A DNA stretch of 64,000 bases from Spirogloea muscicola (GCA_009602725.1 WELB01000013.1:1047566-1111565); one strand, 5' to 3'; positions 26,801-39,796 are shown, counted from the stretch's first letter. Notes: generated from the sequence alone by a model not told the origin. Translations and numbers: made by a program.

Positions 26801-27514
26801 GATACCAAATGTGACGTCCTGATCCCTATATACGCAGTTAGGGGTTAGTACGTCCTTAACTGAGTTCAGACCTAGGGGGTTTAGGAACTTACCCCCCCAC
26901 ATAGTGGAGCGCCAACGCACAAGGTGCACTCAAGTGCATCACATATAGCACAACGGAAGTCTTACCCTGAGGCGCCGCCAGAAGGCGGCGACTCTACAGA
27001 GGGTTTGGAATCAGCAGCTGGCCCCGGATGGGGCGCAACCGTGGCACTGATGGAGAGTTGGCGAAGTCCGCAGCGGCGGGCTGCGGCGACGGGCTCTGCA
27101 GCAGACGGCAGCAGCAGGGCTGGGCCGGCGGCTGCGGCAGCAGGCAAGCAGGGCTATGCCTCTCTCTTGGCGTCACCGGTTCGACTGACGAGTCTGGCCT
27201 CGGCCTACTACTCACAGCGTTCCTGCCACCCCTCTCCCGAGGGTGTGACGAGGGTAGCCCCAAGGTCCGGCACCCGGAGGAGCGGACCCGCACAAAGGGG
27301 TCGACTGGCGCGTGACGCGCAAGGTGCGGGCTCGCATGACACGAGCCTGATGAATGGTACACGAGTCCTGGGGACTGGCGCGTGCCGCGCGTGAGTGGCG
27401 CGTGCCGCGCGTGACTGGCGCGTGAAGCGCGTGACTGGCGTGTGGCGCGCGTGAAGCTGCGCGTGAAGCCGCTTACCAGTATCGTTTGGTTTTCCAAACA
27501 GGGGGCACGTTACA

Positions 27515-28010
27515 GGAAGTCTTACCCTGAGGGACCGCCCAAAGGGCGGCGACTCTACCAAGGGTCAGTGGCTGTCCAACATGAGGCGCAGCCAGTCTAC
27601 TCACAGAGAGCCGGCGGGGTCCGCAGCGACGAGCTGCGGCGACGGGCTGGGCAGCAGGCGGCAGCAGCAGAGCTGTGGCGGCGGCTGCGGCAGCAGGCAG
27701 CAGAGGGGCTGTGCCTCTCTTGGCGTCACGGGTCCTCCGACTGAGGAATCTGGCCTCGGCCTACCACTGATAGCGTTCCACTTGCCACCCCTCCCAAGGG
27801 TGTGACGAGAGTAGCCCCCAAGGTCCTTTCCCGGGGGGGCGGGCCTGACGTTGGGGTGCAAATCCAGGGGACTGGCGCCTGCCGCGCGTGGCGCGTGCCG
27901 CACATGCCCAGGGCCTCAGCCCGTACTTAGCTACACGTAGTGCAGCGAAGTCACTTGTACCGTTTGAGACTCCCAAACGGTATACGATACAACTATGTAA
28001 GGTTACTGGC
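27515..28010 (-). mobile_element. Remainder of the LTR split by element C
   Basis: Continues 16285-16409 (cagcg[g]aag|tcttaccctgagg); similar to 31925-32148 and 8305-8720. Confidence 0.85.
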
Positions 28011-28014
28011 ACCG

Positions 28015-30810
28015 TTGGCACTCCCCTCCCGTTTGGGAGTGCCAAACAGTATCAGTGATGTTGAGAGGCCACTGGGCTTCAATGCGCGCGTGCACGTGGC
28101 ATCGTCTGGGAGTTGTACTGCCCGAAAGGCGTTGCTTCAATGCACACGGGAATAGTACTCCAGTCGGTTGGCGCTGCCTCGCTGTCTGCGAGACCGCCCT
28201 GGAGCCGTGCCTTTGTCGGCCTGCGCTGCTTCGCTGCAAGCGGCATCGCCCTGAGGTCGTACTCCATCCGCCCGGCGCTGCTTCGCTGCAAGCGGCAGCC
28301 TGTGGCAGTCAACGGGGGCCAGGCCCCTGGATCCCGTATCCCCATTGTCAAGTTCGCCCCTCCGGGGGACAACCCTGGGGCTACGCTCATCACACCCTCT
28401 AGGGAGGGGTGGCAGGTGGAAAGCTATAAGTAGAAGACCAAGGCCAGACTCATCAGTCAGACCAGTGACGCTCAGAGAGGCGCACAGCCCTGCTGCCGCA
28501 GCCGCCGCCACAGCCCTGCTGCTGCCGTATGCTGCTCAGCCTGACGCCGCGGCCCGTCGCTGTGGACATCGCCGGCTCTCCGCTAGCCATGGCTGCGGCC
28601 CATTCTGGGAACAGCTACTAAGCCAGACCTTCGGTAGAGTCGTGGCCTTTGGGTGGTGCCTCAGGGTAAGACTTCCCGCTGTGCCATGTGGTGGACGTGT
28701 GTGCGCAGTGTGCGCTGGCGTTCCACTATGTAGGGTGGGTAATTTCTAAACCCCCTTGATCCGAAGTCAGTAAGAACTTACTTACCTCTAAACGTACTAA
28801 CCCCTTACTGCGTACAGGGATCAGAACGTCAGGTTTGGTATCAGGGGTGTCCTCGCATCATGATAGCCTCGTTCTGTGATGATGGGGCTGACAATGCAAG
28901 GTTCCTTCTGATACTCTGGCACTAAATAGTCTCTTGTGACTAAGACCCTTTGCCAGACTGTAATCGTGGATCTACATTGGCGGGCCAATTGATACTGTTG
29001 TCCACTCGCTCGCTGCATCCACGTGCCCGGGGTCGGCCAATGTCAAGTGTTCCTCCACCCCGACAGCAATCGTCATTGCCAGGTCAGTATTTCGCCTGCG
29101 TGACCACCTGCGGTCAGCGGATTGACTGTCTATGTGACAAAGGAGGTAAAAGCGACCGCTGATAGGCGGCGAAATCTGACATTTACCAGAGGCTGGTCCG
29201 TACTCCAGTTCTGGCCACTCCCTCAGCTGCGCGTGCTGCTTTGCACCTTGGAAATATGACTTGCGCGCTGCCATGATTGCTTTGCTTGCCTGGGGTGTAA
29301 CGCTCCCTCCGTTTGAGAGTGCCAATCCGGTAACCTTACATGATCGTGACTTATCTACCGTTTGGGAGTCCCAAACGGTGCGGGTGGTTGGTTTGCTATA
29401 CCCCGTGTAGCTAAGTACGGTCCGAAGCCCAGGGCTTCGTACTGCGCGGCATCGTCTGCCAGTCGTACTGTCCGAGAGGCGCTGCTTCGCTCGCACGCGG
29501 CATCGTCCCGGAGTTGTCTCCATCCGCCAGGCGCTGCTTAACTCGCGCGTGGCAGCGTCCGGCAGATCCATCGTATTTCCTTGTCAGGCCCGCACCTCCC
29601 GGGGAGGACCTGGGGGCAGCCTTCGTCACACCCTGTGGGAGGGGTGGCAGATGGAACGCTTATTAGTAGTAGGCCGAGGCCAGACTCAGGAGTCGGACCC
29701 GTGACGCCACGAGAGGCACAGCCCTGCTGCTGCCTGCTACCGCAGTCGCCGCCACAGCTCTGCTGCTGCCGCCTGCTGCCCAGCCCGTCGCCGTAGCTCA
29801 TCGATGCGGGCCTCGCTGTTCTTTATAAGTATCATGGCTTCGCCCCTTGCGGGGACAGCTGCTGACCCTCGTCGAGTCGCCGCTATCCGGGGGTGCCTCA
29901 GGGTAAGACTTCCGCTGCACTGTGTGCGCGAACGTGTGCGATGTGTGCGCTGGCGTTCCACTCTGTAACGGGATAGTCTCCAAAACACCCTATGTCCAGA
30001 ATTCAAACAGGACGTTCTGACCCTAACTGTGTGATTAGGGACAGGGACGTTACATGGGTCACCAGCTTGCTCGGCACATTGTGGTAGTATCGTCTCGGCA
30101 ATGTGTCGAATACCCTCCACTGACTTGGCCTTTCGGTGTGTTGGTGTAAAGGCATGGAGTCCGCTGACTCAAGTGCGCAACCTAGCGCCCCTCCGCCGGC
30201 AGTGCCAGCGGCCGAAGTCGAGGAAGTGGCCAATGAGATGGCGGAGCTCCAAGCGCCCGGACCAGACGGCCTTACAGAAGCCGAGGCGCGGCGACTAGAT
30301 CGCCTGAGGGAGCAAGTCGAGGCTGCGGTCCCGGGTGGGGTCCGCTAGTGACCCCCGTGTTGAGGGCGCTGAGCGAGGGGGTACGGGCCCTGATCAGCCG
30401 TATGTGCGCGGATGAGCAGCGTACTCCTCGCCCCCGGGCTAAAGTGAGCCATGGCGCGCGGTTGGGCGTGCAGCTGTGCCAGCCCTCGAAGTTCGATGCG
30501 CAGGGGAGCCTCGCAGCTTGGAGTCGTGAGATTAACGCATGGTCTGTGCTGTGCGAGGCGCCTGTGACATCCCGCGTGGGAATCGCCGCTACTTAACTCG
30601 CAGGAGTCGCCACATAGGAACGTACAAAGTCATCCTTCTACACCTAGGGTACAAAACCTGGGACTTCTTTACCCGCTCATTGACCACGTTGTACGGTGAA
30701 GTTCATGCAAAGCTCAATGCTCGTAACCAGCTCGACGCCGTACGTATGGTCGACGACAACTTCGAGGATAACGTCCGGCGTTTTATCTTCTGTTGATGAA
30801 GTGCGGCAAC
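28015..30810 (+). mobile_element. Truncated C-like element: LTR (~28015-28833), PBS, leader and gag fragment
   Basis: PBS tggtatcagg at 28836; the internal part is the reverse-complement homologue of 25560-26800 (PSKFDAQGSLAAW...RVGIAAT). Confidence 0.85.
29296..30054 (+). mobile_element. Solo LTR (759 bp)
   Basis: TGTAAC...GTTACA with TSD TGGGG/TGGGT; the empty-site homologue is at 26320-26345 (reverse complement). Confidence 0.92.
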
Positions 30811-30829
30811 ATAAGGCATACCCCAGTTG

Positions 30830-32148
30830 TGACTTCGGCAACAGGTGGACATCGCTGGTAGAGACGGCTGGGCACACCCCAGTCGTGACTGGTGGTGCAG
30901 CAGGTGGAGATTGTTAGGCACACCCCAACCGTAGCTCCGGCAGCACCAGGCACTTAGCATACAGGAGATGCAGGGATTGCTCGCTTCACAACATGGGCGA
31001 GCAGTGTGCACTATCTTATAGCCACCCCCCACACGGGGGTTGCTAGCAGGTCCCCTTGGACCAGCAGCCTCATACTGCTCCGTTAAGCGCTCTACGCACT
31101 GCGCCGCCTTGAAGTCGGACTATACAGGGATGGCGATGGGAGCCTCGACAGCTCATCAGACCACTTCCTCGACCTTAGCAGGTTGAACAGCCGGCAGAGG
31201 GGGACTAGGTGGCGCTATTGAGTCAGCCAACTCCATGCCTTCACACCAACACATTGAAGGAGTGAGTCAGTGGCGGGTATAAGACATGTCTTCTGAGACA
31301 ATACTACCACAGTGTTGCTGAGCAAGGCCCGTGCACCACGCAAACAAAGCAAAATATAATAGCTCGCCAGAGCATACCCCCAACCAGCAAAGCTGTAATA
31401 GCAGACTGAGGGAGGGCACCAGGCGAGAGTACAGACCAGAGCCTGGCCGACAGTCAGGTTGCCGCTCACCTGCGGCAGCAGGTGCTATGCCGTGCTTCAT
31501 CGGCCAGCTACACACCGGGCAAAGGAAGTTAGTTACCCAGGCGAATTACTGACCAGGCAATGAAGATTGCCGCTGGGAAGAAAAGCCACTCAGCATTTCG
31601 CAAGAGTGGCACACTTGCCGCTTCGTGACGGCTCCACGTACACTCTTTGAATTAAAATTTAAAACTTTAAAGTGCTTCACGCTTACAGAGAATATTTAGT
31701 CTAGCAATTAGAGGGATCCTTGCACTGTTCGGTAGTAAACCACAACCTTTCACGTGACTGGCTAGATGCGAGGACTCCTCTGATACCTACGTAACGGTCC
31801 TATCCCTATACACACAGTCAAAGTTAGAAGGTCCTGTTTGGGATTCGGACATAGGTGTTTCGGAGGCAACCCTCGCACAGGAGAATGCCAGCGTACACAG
31901 CGCACACGAACGCGCACATAGCGCAGCGGAAAACTTACCCTGAGGCACCGCCCAAAGGCGGCGACTCCACCGAGGGTCAGTATCTGGCCCCTCACGGGGC
32001 GCAGCCAAAGTACTTACAGAGAGCCGGCGAGACCCGCAGTGACGAGCTGCGGTGACGGGCTGGGCAGCAGGCGGCAGCACCAGAGCTGTGGCGGCGGCTG
32101 CGGCAGCAGGCAGCAGCGGGGCTGTGCCTCTCTTGGCGTCACGGGTCG
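30830..32148 (-). mobile_element. Truncated element: partial 5' LTR (31790-32148), PBS, leader and gag fragment
   Basis: cctctgatacc at ~31777-31787; homologous to 15290-16409. Confidence 0.82.
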
Positions 32149-35100
32149 TGTGATGGAATTAGCCGTTTGGTCAAGCCACATGGCTCTGTTGGCATAACAT
32201 GACCGGCTGTTTGGGGCAAGTGGGCCCACCAGGTGGCGGGCTGGCTTGCCGGGCAAGTGGCCCGCCCAGAGGCGGGGCGGGTCCCGCCCGTCCAGAAATA
32301 CCCTCGCTAGGATCCGCCCGTTCAAGGGAAGATCTTTGGCCCGCCGCCTGGCAGGCCATGGGGCGACCCGCTCACACCCCTGGAGGGGGGGTGGCACGGG
32401 GAAGCACGAGGAGCCTTGGGGCTGAGGCTCGAGGGAGTTCGAGCCGGTGAAGCCCAGGAGCAGCCTTGCCGCTGCTCGCCGTCGCAGCCGCCGCCGCACC
32501 TTGCTGCGGGGCCTGCTGCGCCGGCCTGCGCCCAGGAGGTGGAGTCGCCGCCAGACGGCGGCGCCACAGGGCCTGTCTTCCGCTGCGCCTATGCACTAGT
32601 AATTTGCCTGTGTAGTGGGTTGGTCCCTAAATTCCCTACAGCCGAACTCAAGGACTGCTCACCCTAACTGCGTGTGTAGGGCGAGGTTCCTTACATTTGG
32701 TATCAGAGGCGGTCTTGCATCCATCGCGCTTGTGACTTATTGTGCTCGCCGCTGATGATGCAAGGATCACCCTGATGTGCTGGCCTGACCTTTTTCTGTA
32801 AAAGATAAAGTGCTTGCCAGACGTTGGTCCGTGAGGCGGCTCAGCGGAAGCGCTGGGTGCGGAGCCATCTTCACGCTGTGAGCCAGCAACGACCAACGCC
32901 AGATTGACCGACTGATCCTTGAGGACCACTTGCTGCGATCGCTTCTTTTGAGGTGTGGCTTGAGCCTGCAGCCTTCGTGTGGTAAGGCGCTGGCTGCTTC
33001 AAGTGCGGTGCCAACAGCCATCAGCTCAGGGACTGCCCGGCGGCAGTTCCCTCTTCCTGACGGCCACGTCCACAGCGCCCTATGGGCCGGGACCAGGCCA
33101 ATTCCAAGGGCAAGCGTGAGTGCTTGACCCCTGCCTCTGCAAGCCATCTCTTTCAGCCAGGCGCACTTGAGCTATTTGATTTTGCTGGCATTGCTGGCCC
33201 GCCAACCAACATACCGGTTGTGCGCTCCATTTCTGCTTTATTGCAAGTTCTGGAGCCCGGAGGGCCTCTATTTGTGTGGGTTGCCCACAATGACTTGCAA
33301 GAGGCTGCAGATGTCTATCTGAGCTGGCCTGAGAGCCGTCGGCCTGAAGAAATGCTGTTCTTCATTGTGCCGCAGAAGCGCGGCGTGATTGATCAAGCTC
33401 CGCTGGGGATGTCGCTGTTGTGCTCGCACGAGGCGGGACACAGGCTCCTTAGGCGCAGCGTTGATGCCACTCGGCTAAGGCCTTACCCGACAGCGGTCAG
33501 GGTATATGTCGCTCGCACCCCATTCCTTGGCAGTGTCCATGGGGGACACACTATGCTTTTTGAGGGGCTGGTTGCTGCGGCACCAGCTAGGATCCTCATC
33601 GACTGAGGGGCCTCAGTGTCCTTCGTCAAAAGGGATTTGATGTGCTCCACTGGCTTGCATTTGCAAGCAGATGGCCTGCCTAGAGTGACATTGGCCGATG
33701 GCCACCCAACCGATGTGTTGGGCCTGTGCAAGGTTCCATTCGCATCCAGCAATACAAAGCGGAGGTGCCTTGTTATGCCATTGCGTTGACTGTCGCCTTT
33801 GATGTGATATTGGGAGATGACTGGCTTTGCGCCACATCAGCATGCCTTGATTCTGAACGCCATACTTGCACGGTACAACGTGGCGCACGGCGCTTTGTCC
33901 TTTGCAAGCAGCTTCCCTGTGCACCGCCGCTGGCGGCAGGGGCTTCCATTCTGCTGTCCGCCATGCAGATGAAGCGATTGATTCACAAGAACACTGTCCA
34001 GATGGCATTTCTTGTGGTAGTGGCGATGAACGACGAGGCTAAGCCTAACTTGTGTGTGAATGCTGCGGATTCACATGGCGGGGTTCTTGATAAGCTGCTG
34101 GAAGAATTTGCGGATGTGTTTCCCGACTCTCTTCCGGACGGTCTACCTCCTCACCAAGGTGTGGCTCATACAATTCCATTGGAGCCAGGCGCCAACCCGC
34201 CTTTCCGTCCCATGTACCGGCTGAGCCCTCTCGAATTTCGAGAAATGCAATCCCAGGTCGAGGACCTGCTGGCGAAGGGCTACATTGTGCCATCTCAGTC
34301 GCCATATGGAGCACCCATCCTCTTTGTCAAAAAGAAGGATGGCACTCTACGGATGTGCATTGATTATCGGGCTTTGAATAAGCTTACTATCAAGAACCGA
34401 TGCCCATTGCCTCGGATAGATGATCTGTTCGATTGGCTTGCAGGGGCTACGGTTCTCAGCTCCCTGGACCTGGCAAGTGGGTGTCACCAAATTCGAATCA
34501 CGCCTGCGGATGTTCCGAAGTCGGCGTTCCGTACGCCGCTTGGACATTTCCAGTTCAAGGTGCTGAGCTTTGGTTTGACCAATGCACCGGCTACGTTCCA
34601 GGCGGTGATGTCGAGGGTCTTTGGCCCCCTGCTCTACCATTTTGTGCTGGTTTACTTGAATGACAAACTGGTGTTCAGCAAAACGCCTCAGGATCACGTG
34701 AAGGACCTGCGCCAAGTGCTGCAGTTGCTGCGTGAAAATCAATTGTATGCCAAGCGGTCCAAGTGCGCATTTAACCAGCCAAAGCTGACATACCTCGGGC
34801 ATGTCGTGGGCAAAGACGGCATACGTGTCGACCCCAAGAAGACTTCGGTCGTACGGGATTGGCCTGTGCCTCAATTGCGCTCCTTTTTGAGATTCGCAGA
34901 TTATTTCCGAAAGTTCCTACAAGGCTATGGGAACTTGGCAGTTCCTCTTACGAAGCTGACTCGTAAGGACGTACCTTGGGATTGGTCGTCCGAATGCCAG
35001 AGGGCATTTGAGGGAATACAGCAGGCGTTTACATCTCCGCCTGTGCTGGCCTTACCTCGTGAAGGCGTGCCATATGAACTCGTCTGCGATGCCTCTTTGA

Positions 35101-36863
35101 CCGGCATTGGTGCCGTGCTCTTGCAAGAGGGTCACCCGTTAGCGTTTGAGAGTCGCCTGCTGATCCCTGCAGAGCGAAATTACACGACGGGCGAGCAGGA
35201 ATTGCTGGCTGTGGTGCACGCCTTACGTGTCTGGCGTTGCTACCTGGAAGGTGTGGCATTTACGGTTGTCACGGATCATTGCCCGTTGACATATTTCCAC
35301 ACGCAGCAGCATTTGACTAGGCGTCAAGCTCGATGGGCTGAGTGCATGGCACACTTCGATTTCCAGTGGGTTTATCGCCCTGGACGTCTTAATGTTGCAG
35401 ACCCTGTGAGTCGCAACATTCACGGCGCTGATGCGTTGGCTTCCTTGCATGCTTCTGGAGTGCGGGCTGCAGGACTGCGTCCGACTCGTCAAGCTTCTCG
35501 ACACACCACGGCTGAGCTCTCTGAGCTCTACGTGCGTATCCGTAAAGGGTATGGCACAGACCCATGCTGAAGCCGCCAACGTAAGTAAGCACCCTCACTG
35601 ATGACCGATCCTCGCTTTACAGGTCACTTCTGGAAAGAAGTCTGCAAGCTTATTGGCAGTCCATGTCCACAGCCTTCCATCCACAAACGGATGGCCAAAC
35701 CGAGCGAATGAATCGAGTTCTTGAGGACATGTTGAGGCACTTTGTCAATTCTAGCCAGACTGACTGGGATGACTATTTGGCTCCAGCTGAATATGCTGTG
35801 AACAATGCCTATCATGCGTCCACCAAAGAGACTCCATTCTCTCTCAACTATGGTCAGCATCCCCGAGCTCCACTTCAAGTAGGGAGGCCGGAACGGGTTT
35901 CCGCCGCGGTAGCCTTTACTGGGACCCTCTTGGAGGCTCAGAGACGAGCTCGGCATTTCTTGGAAATTGCCCAGAGTCGCCAGAAGGCTTATGCTGACAA
36001 ACATCGGAAGGACGTGTCCTTCGATGTTGGTGAGCAAGTGCTGCTGAGCACGAAGCACTTATCCTTGCGGGCTGTGGGTACGCGCAAGCTGCTGCCCAAG
36101 TGGGTTGGACCATTCGCAGTAGTACGCCTTGTGGGCAAGGTGTCCTACGAGTTGAAGACACCGGTGCATTGGAAGGTCCATTACGTCTTCCATGTGTCTC
36201 AGCTGAGGGCCTTCCTTTCGGATGGTCGTGTCCAACCGCCCCCACCTCCACTAGTCATCGAGGATGATCTTGAGTTTGAGGTGGAAGAGATCTTGTCTCA
36301 CAAGGACAAGCCTCTAGGGCGTAAGACCCGTGAGTATCTGGTGAAGTGGCTCGGGTATGGGCCTGAGCACAACACGTGGGAGCCTGCGGCCAATTTGGCA
36401 AATGTCCAGATGCTCTCAGGGAATACCTGGCCAAGGGTGGTAATTCTCCTAGGCTTGGTAGAGGCAGCAGCCGTCGGGCATCTTAATACCTGTCGGCTGT
36501 TTTCTCGTTGTTCTCGAGGACGTGAACACCAGAGAGGGGAGGTATGTAATGAACCAGCCATTTGGTTAAGCCACATGGCTCTGTTGGCATTACATGACCG
36601 GCTATTTGGGACAAGTGGGCCCGCCAGGTGGCGGGCTGGCTTGCCGGGCAAGTGGCCCGCCCAGAGGCAGGTCCCGCCCGTCCAGAAATACCCTCGCTAG
36701 GATCCGCCCGTACAAGGGAGGATCTTTGGCCCGCCGCCTGGCAGGCCATGGGGCGACCCGCTCACACCCCTGGAGGGGGGGTGGCACGGGGAAGCTCGAG
36801 GAGCCTTGGGGCTGAGGCTCGAGGGAGTTCGAGCCGGTGAAGCCCAGGAGCAGCCTTGCCGCT
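32149..36863 (+). mobile_element. Family B copy 2 chromovirus: 5' LTR 32149-32695, PBS, deleted gag, pol, PPT and truncated 3' LTR from 36545
   Basis: PBS TGGTATCAGAGG at 32698; PPT agagaggggaggta ending at 36544; highly similar LTRs. Confidence 0.95.
32986..36450 (+). pseudogene. gag-pol pseudogene: Zn knuckle, extra domain, protease, RT, RNase H, partial integrase, chromodomain
   Basis: CFKCGANSHQLRDC; ILID*GAS (protease); KKKDGTLRMCIDYRALN and VLVYLND (YxDD mutated); CDASLTGIGAVL and [28 protein letters not shown]...YLVKWLGYGPEHNTWEP. Contains stops, a frameshift and deletions. Confidence 0.95.
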
Positions 36864-36899
36864 TTTTCGCAAGGTACCAGCGCTCGTAGTTTACTCTTG

Positions 36900-39480
36900 C
36901 TGTGGTGGCAATGAGTGCTGAGTCTCCCTCTGACTCAAATTTGATTGCCGAGGCCTCTCATTGGTGCCGTTCTATTGCAAGAGGGTCATCCTGTAGCGTT
37001 TGCGAGTTGCCTGCTTCGTCCGGCAGAGCGCAACTATACTACGGGACAGCAAGAGCTTTTGCTGTTGTGCACGCCATACATGTGTGGCGCTGCTATCTTG
37101 AGGGTTGAATATACGGTCGTCACGGATTATTGCCGTTTGACCTATTTGCCATCACACCACAGCATTTGAGCCGGCGTCAAGCTCGGTGAGCAGAAAGTTG
37201 GCATCATTCCGTTTCCAGTGGTTGTACCGCCCTGGAAGATTCCCTGTGTCGCGGACCGGTGACCCGCCACATTGCAGGGGCTGCTCGGGTGGCTGCCTTC
37301 GGGAGTTCACGCAGACGTGCGTCCTACTCGTGGCGTCCCTCAGCAACTCACCTCCACCCTCTCGGAGCTCTACGTGCGTATACGTGATGGGTATTGCACA
37401 GACCCCTGGTTTGCTGATGCATCCCATGTACGCATGGTCAAGGATGACAATGGCTTCTATAGGCAAGGTAACGCCATTGTAATTTCAGACTGCGATGCCT
37501 TGCGCACTAGCATCATGCAGGAGTTGCATGTGACAGCTTACTGTGGTCATCTGGGTGTTGGAAAGTCCAAGAAGGCAGTAAGCCGTATTTTCTGGTGGCC
37601 GGGTTGTTCGGCCCAAGTACACTCCTTTGTGCGGAAATGTGCTACGTGCCAGCATAGTAAGGCTAGCTCTGTGAAGCTTGCCCAATTACTCGAGGCTTTG
37701 GCGATTCCTCGGCAGAATTGGGCAAATGTGAGCGTTGACTTTATCAAGCACCTACACAGGACGTGTAAAGGACTCGTTGCAATCGTCGTCTTCGTGGACC
37801 GTCTGAGTAAAGTGGTGCATTTTGCTCCGAAGACCACCTTTGTATCTGCAAAGGTATTCGCCAGTCTTGCGGACCGAGTATAAAAACTACATGGAGTTTT
37901 CGCGCGGGTTGTCTCTGCCCCTGACTCCCGCTCTACGGGACACTTCTGGAAAGAAGTATGCAGGCTTGCTGGTAGCAAGCAATCCATGTCCACAGCTTTC
38001 CACCCCCAAAGTGACGGTCAGGTTGAGAGGATGACTTGGGTCTAGGAGGACATGCGGGGCGTCTTGTGAACCCTAGTCAAAGTGACTGAAATGAGGTACC
38101 TCGCTCCGGTAGAGTCTGCCGTGAACAACGCCTGGCATGAGTCCACCTGGAATACACCCATCTTCCTCAATCATGGTCGGCATGTCTTGGCCGTTGCCCA
38201 GCAGCGGCAAAAGGCGTATGCTGACCAATGTCAAAATAGTGTGTCATTCGACGTAGGTGCTCGAGTGCTACTGAGTACAAAGCACCTTACCTTGCTGGCA
38301 ATGAGTACACGCAGCTGTTACCCAAATGGGTTGGACCATTCCTTTGTGTTGCGCCTTGTGGTAAGGTGGCATATAAGCTGAGTACACAGGTACAGTGGAA
38401 GACCCATCCAGACTTTCACGTGTCCAAGCTTCGGCCCTTTATTCAAATGGCCGTGTCCAACCGCCCCCACTTCCCTCTTACTTGAGGATTAGTTGGAGTA
38501 TGAGGCGGAGGGAATCTTGTCACACCGGGACAGATTCCGTGGGCATAAGTCCCGTGAATATCGTGTTAAGTGGCTCGGCTATGGGCCAGAGCACAGTACG
38601 CGGGAGCCTGCGGCCAGTTTTGCCAATTGTCCGACCACTCTCCACCACTTTTCTACGCGTACCTCGCTAAGGGGTCTGTTCCTATCTAGCTTGGTTCAGT
38701 TTGCACCAATCTGTGTTGTCTTGTGTCCCCGAGGACGTGAACACCTAGGTGGGAGGTATGTAACGTTCCAGGTTTGTGAGGGCCAAACAATGGTGTTTAC
38801 GCTTACATGTTGTCCTTTGGCCGTTCGTGCCGGACAACACGAACCGCCCTGGCAATCGTGCTGTTGTCGTTCCGTCCCGGTCCGTTCGGTGGTCTTGCAA
38901 GCTCCCATCATGCTCGGCCCAGACATGCTCGGCGGCATGCGTGGGCCCGGACGCCCCCGGCGGCATTTTCGGCCGCGGCCATCATACTCGGCTGTGCCCG
39001 GCCTCGGCCATGCCTGGCGGCATGCTCTGCCGCGGCCATGCTCGGTGCCATGGCGACTGCTGGAGACAGCTCATGGTTTCCTCGTCAGGCACGCTCCTCG
39101 CGGGCCTTGGGTCGGCCTTGTGTCGGCCTTGGGGCGACCCCCATACACCCTGGAGGGAGGGTGGCACGGAGAAGCACTTACTATATTGCACGGAGCAGAG
39201 AGAGACCTGACGGGAGGCCGGGGACTCAGTGCAGCTCTGAGAGGCGCAGCCCTGCGGCTGCCTGCTGCTGTAGACCGCTGCCGCGCGCGGCTGGTTGCCG
39301 GCTCTGCTGAGGAGACCTTGGCGGCGTCCGGCTTGAGGCAAGTCTGCAGCGCGTGCCCAGGAGGTGGAGCCGCTGCCCGGCAGCAGAGCCTCAGGGCAAG
39401 TTTTCCGCTGTGCCGGAGTGCTTCCTCGTGGCGGGTGGATGTCCCTAAATCCCCATGCCTCCGGTTACTGTCAGGGCGAC
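36900..39480 (+). mobile_element. Decayed chromovirus 3' half (RH, INT, CHD, PPT, partial LTR from 38759)
   Basis: HVTAYCGHLG...CATCQ...VSVDFI...VFVDRLSK; EYEAEGILSHR...YRVKWLGYGPEHST; aggtgggaggta followed by TGTAAC. Confidence 0.88.
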
Positions 39481-39796
39481 GTCTATTTGCCTGCTAGTTA
39501 CTTTAACTTGCACTTACTGACTCGAGGTTACCGAGAGCCCCCTTGCTGCCGTCTTACTTAGCATACGGTATCTTGCTTTTTGCGCCATCCGGCACCTCTA
39601 GACCTTGTCCAATCTTTTGGGCTGGCCTCTTACAGCCACCAGTCAATTTGGAAGCGCTTTTCTTCTTGGAACTTTTTCTCGAAGCCTGCTGTTGAACTGT
39701 ATAAAAGACCTGCTTCCTCTAGCCCTTTTCCCACGCCTCGGCAATTCTTTTTGGGCTGGCTCTTCACAGTCCTTGGCCCCATTGGGAGAGCCACTT

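Larger units (their letters stand above)
16410..27514 (-). mobile_element. Two-LTR Gypsy chromovirus (family C), coding-defective, inserted in an older LTR
   Basis: LTRs at 26810-27514 and 16410-16986 (the latter with an internal deletion); PBS TGGTATCAGAGG at ~26796-26807; PPT at ~16987-16999; TSD GAAAG/GGAAG; gag, RT, RH, INT and CHD remnants. Confidence 0.92.

Noticed and set aside
7384..39497. Many Ala/Arg/Gly-rich ORFs in LTRs, including read-through extensions after chromodomains
   Set aside because: GC-rich LTR sequence with few stop codons; frames are not conserved between copies.
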